Below, piece by piece: positions 62,413-64,000 of a DNA stretch of 64,000 bases. This DNA comes from Cyanobacteriota bacterium (GTDB lineage: Bacteria > Cyanobacteriota > Cyanobacteriia > PCC-6307 > Cyanobiaceae): NCBI GenBank assembly GCA_046052125.1, contig JBJOMY010000002.1, forward strand, positions 128,001-192,000, given 5' to 3'. A program made the position numbers and the translations under genes. Under the pieces are notes generated by a model. The model worked only from the letters and a program-made list of their open reading frames with translations. It was not told the origin of the DNA and ran no database searches. Position 1 is the first letter of the stretch; each line of letters starts with the position of its first letter.

Positions 62413-63486
62413 TCAAACCAGAGCCGCAGCCTTGCTTTTCGCCTGAGCCACCGCCCCAGCCAGCTCCGCAAGCACCTCACGGGTAGCGCCCAGATCGATG
62501 CAGGCATCGGTGATGCTCTGGCCGTAGGTGAGCTGGCTCAGGTCAGCGGGGATCTTCTGGTTGCCGGCCACCAGATGGCTCTCGATCATCACGCCCATCA
62601 CGTGGCGGGATCCCTGGCTGAGCTGTTGAGCCACCGCCGCAGCCACCTCGCCCTGACGGCGGTAGTCCTTATTGGAGTTGCCGTGGCTGCAATCCACCAT
62701 CACCCGCGCCGGCAGGCCGTCCTTCTCCAGGGCCGCCGCCGCCGCTTCGATCGCCTCGGCGTGGAAGTTGGTGCCCTGCTTGCCGCCCCGCAGCACCAGA
62801 TGTCCATCGGGGTTGCCGGTGGTGGTCACGATGGCGGCACTGCCGTCCTTGTTGATGCCCAGGAAATGGTGAGGGCGGGCCGCTGCCTCCATGGCGTTGA
62901 TGGCGGTGCTGGCGCTGCCATCGGTGCCGTTCTTGAAGCCGATTGGCATCGACAGCCCCGAGGCCATCTCGCGGTGGGTCTGGCTTTCGGTGGTGCGGGC
63001 GCCGATGGCGGTCCAGCTGATCAGATCGGCGATGTATTGCGGCACCACCGGATCGAGCAGCTCGGTGGCAGCCGGCAAACCCATCTCCGCCAGATGCAGC
63101 AGCAGGCCGCGGGCCAGCTTCAGGCCGGTGTTGATGTCGTAGCTGCCATCGAGGTGGGGATCGTTGATCAAGCCCTTCCAGCCCACGGTGGTGCGGGGCT
63201 TCTCGAAATACACCCGCATCACCACCTCCAGCTGATCGCGGTGACGCTGGTGCTCCTCAGCAATCGCTGCCGCGTACTCCTTGGCGGCGTCCACATCGTG
63301 AACCGAACAGGGGCCCACGATCACCAGCAGGCGCTGGTCATCACCCCGCAGGATCGCCTTGATGCGCTCCCGGGCTTCGCGCACCGTGGCAGCCGCCGTA
63401 TCGCTGAGGGGCAATTCCCGATGGAGCAGCGCTGGTGCCACGAGCGGCCGCGTTTCCACCACGTGGAGATCAGAGGTGGGAATCAT
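62413..63486 (-). CDS. aroF: DAHP synthase (3-deoxy-7-phosphoheptulonate synthase, class I-alpha)
   Basis: GPCSVHD, EKPRTTVGWKG, IGARTTESQTHR, DCSHGNS. Confidence 0.95.
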   Translation of the reverse strand: MIPTSDLHVVETRPLVAPALLHRELPLSDTAAATVREARERIKAILRGDDQRLLVIVGPCSVHDVDAAKEYAAAIAEEHQRHRDQLEVVMRVYFEKPRTTVGWKGLINDPHLDGSYDINTGLKLARGLLLHLAEMGLPAATELLDPVVPQYIADLISWTAIGARTTESQTHREMASGLSMPIGFKNGTDGSASTAINAMEAAARPHHFLGINKDGSAAIVTTTGNPDGHLVLRGGKQGTNFHAEAIEAAAAALEKDGLPARVMVDCSHGNSNKDYRRQGEVAAAVAQQLSQGSRHVMGVMIESHLVAGNQKIPADLSQLTYGQSITDACIDLGATREVLAELAGAVAQAKSKAAALV

Positions 63487-63625
63487 GCCGGCAGCCGCAC
63501 AGGGGCAGGGGGATAGGAAAGCCTAAAAGCCCGATTGCAGCCGTTGTCACCAGATCAGGGCAGGGCGGCAAAGAACAATGGGTGTCACGTCACAGTTCGT
63601 CAGGTCCGCCGGACCCCTAGCGCCG

Positions 63626-64000
63626 ATGGTTGCCAGCAGCTTCCTTGCCGACTACCGCGCCGCCGCCGCGGAGCGCAAAGCCCTGGGCATTCCGGCCCTG
63701 CCCCTCACCGCCGCCCAGGCCCAGGACCTCACCGAGCTGCTGCAGGCACCGCCGGCCGGTGAAGAAGCCTTCCTGCTGCACCTGCTCTCCGAGCGCATCC
63801 CCCCCGGCGTGGATGAAGCCGCCTATGTGAAGGCCGGCTGGCTGAGCGCCGTGGCCATGGGCACCAGCTCCAGCCCGCTGCTGAGCCCAGTGGAGGCCGT
63901 GAATCTGCTGGCCACGATGATCGGCGGCTACAACGTGGGCGCTCTGATCGAGCTGCTCTCCAGCGCCGATTCCACCATCGCCGAAGCCGCAGCAATCGGC
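63626..64000 (+). CDS. acnB: Aconitate hydratase B (N-terminus; runs off the window)
   Basis: Manual translation: MVASSFLADYRAAAAERKALGIPALPL...PPGVDEAAYVKA...TMIGGYNV. Confidence 0.95.
   Translation, partial: MVASSFLADYRAAAAERKALGIPALPLTAAQAQDLTELLQAPPAGEEAFLLHLLSERIPPGVDEAAYVKAGWLSAVAMGTSSSPLLSPVEAVNLLATMIGGYNVGALIELLSSADSTIAEAAAIG

Overview
High-GC picocyanobacterial chromosome segment (Synechococcus/Cyanobium-like, inferred from gene order and protein sequences). It runs from valS (truncated by the window start) through tRNA-Val, mazG, arfB, speE-speB, gcvT, aspS, a group-2 sigma factor, pyrG and queE-queC-pabB/pabC-like genes, then a large nitrogen region (APC permease, urtABCDE, ureDABC/ureEFG, an ATP-grasp/alpha-E/transglutaminase operon, cobA, a CbiX/SirB-like gene and a CnaT/TrpD2-like gene), and ends with an MFS transporter, ppk1, a second sigma factor, aroF and acnB (truncated). 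Accessory pieces: a solute-binding lipoprotein coupled to an MscS channel, a DevBCA-type exporter, a lower-GC RHH+AraC islet, and a PPIase-HlyB-HlyD type I secretion module. Most notable observations: (1) a perfect CIRCE operator in front of a small unknown protein rather than a chaperone; (2) a three-gene ABC importer embedded between ureF and ureG and translationally coupled to ureG; (3) an orphan solute-binding protein-MscS pair; (4) an NtcA-type promoter in front of the uncharacterised ATP-grasp/alpha-E/transglutaminase system; (5) sirohaem/nitrite-associated genes present but no nirA/narB. No CRISPR array, transposase, integrase or rRNA was seen. All calls come from reading motifs by eye; no database search was run.
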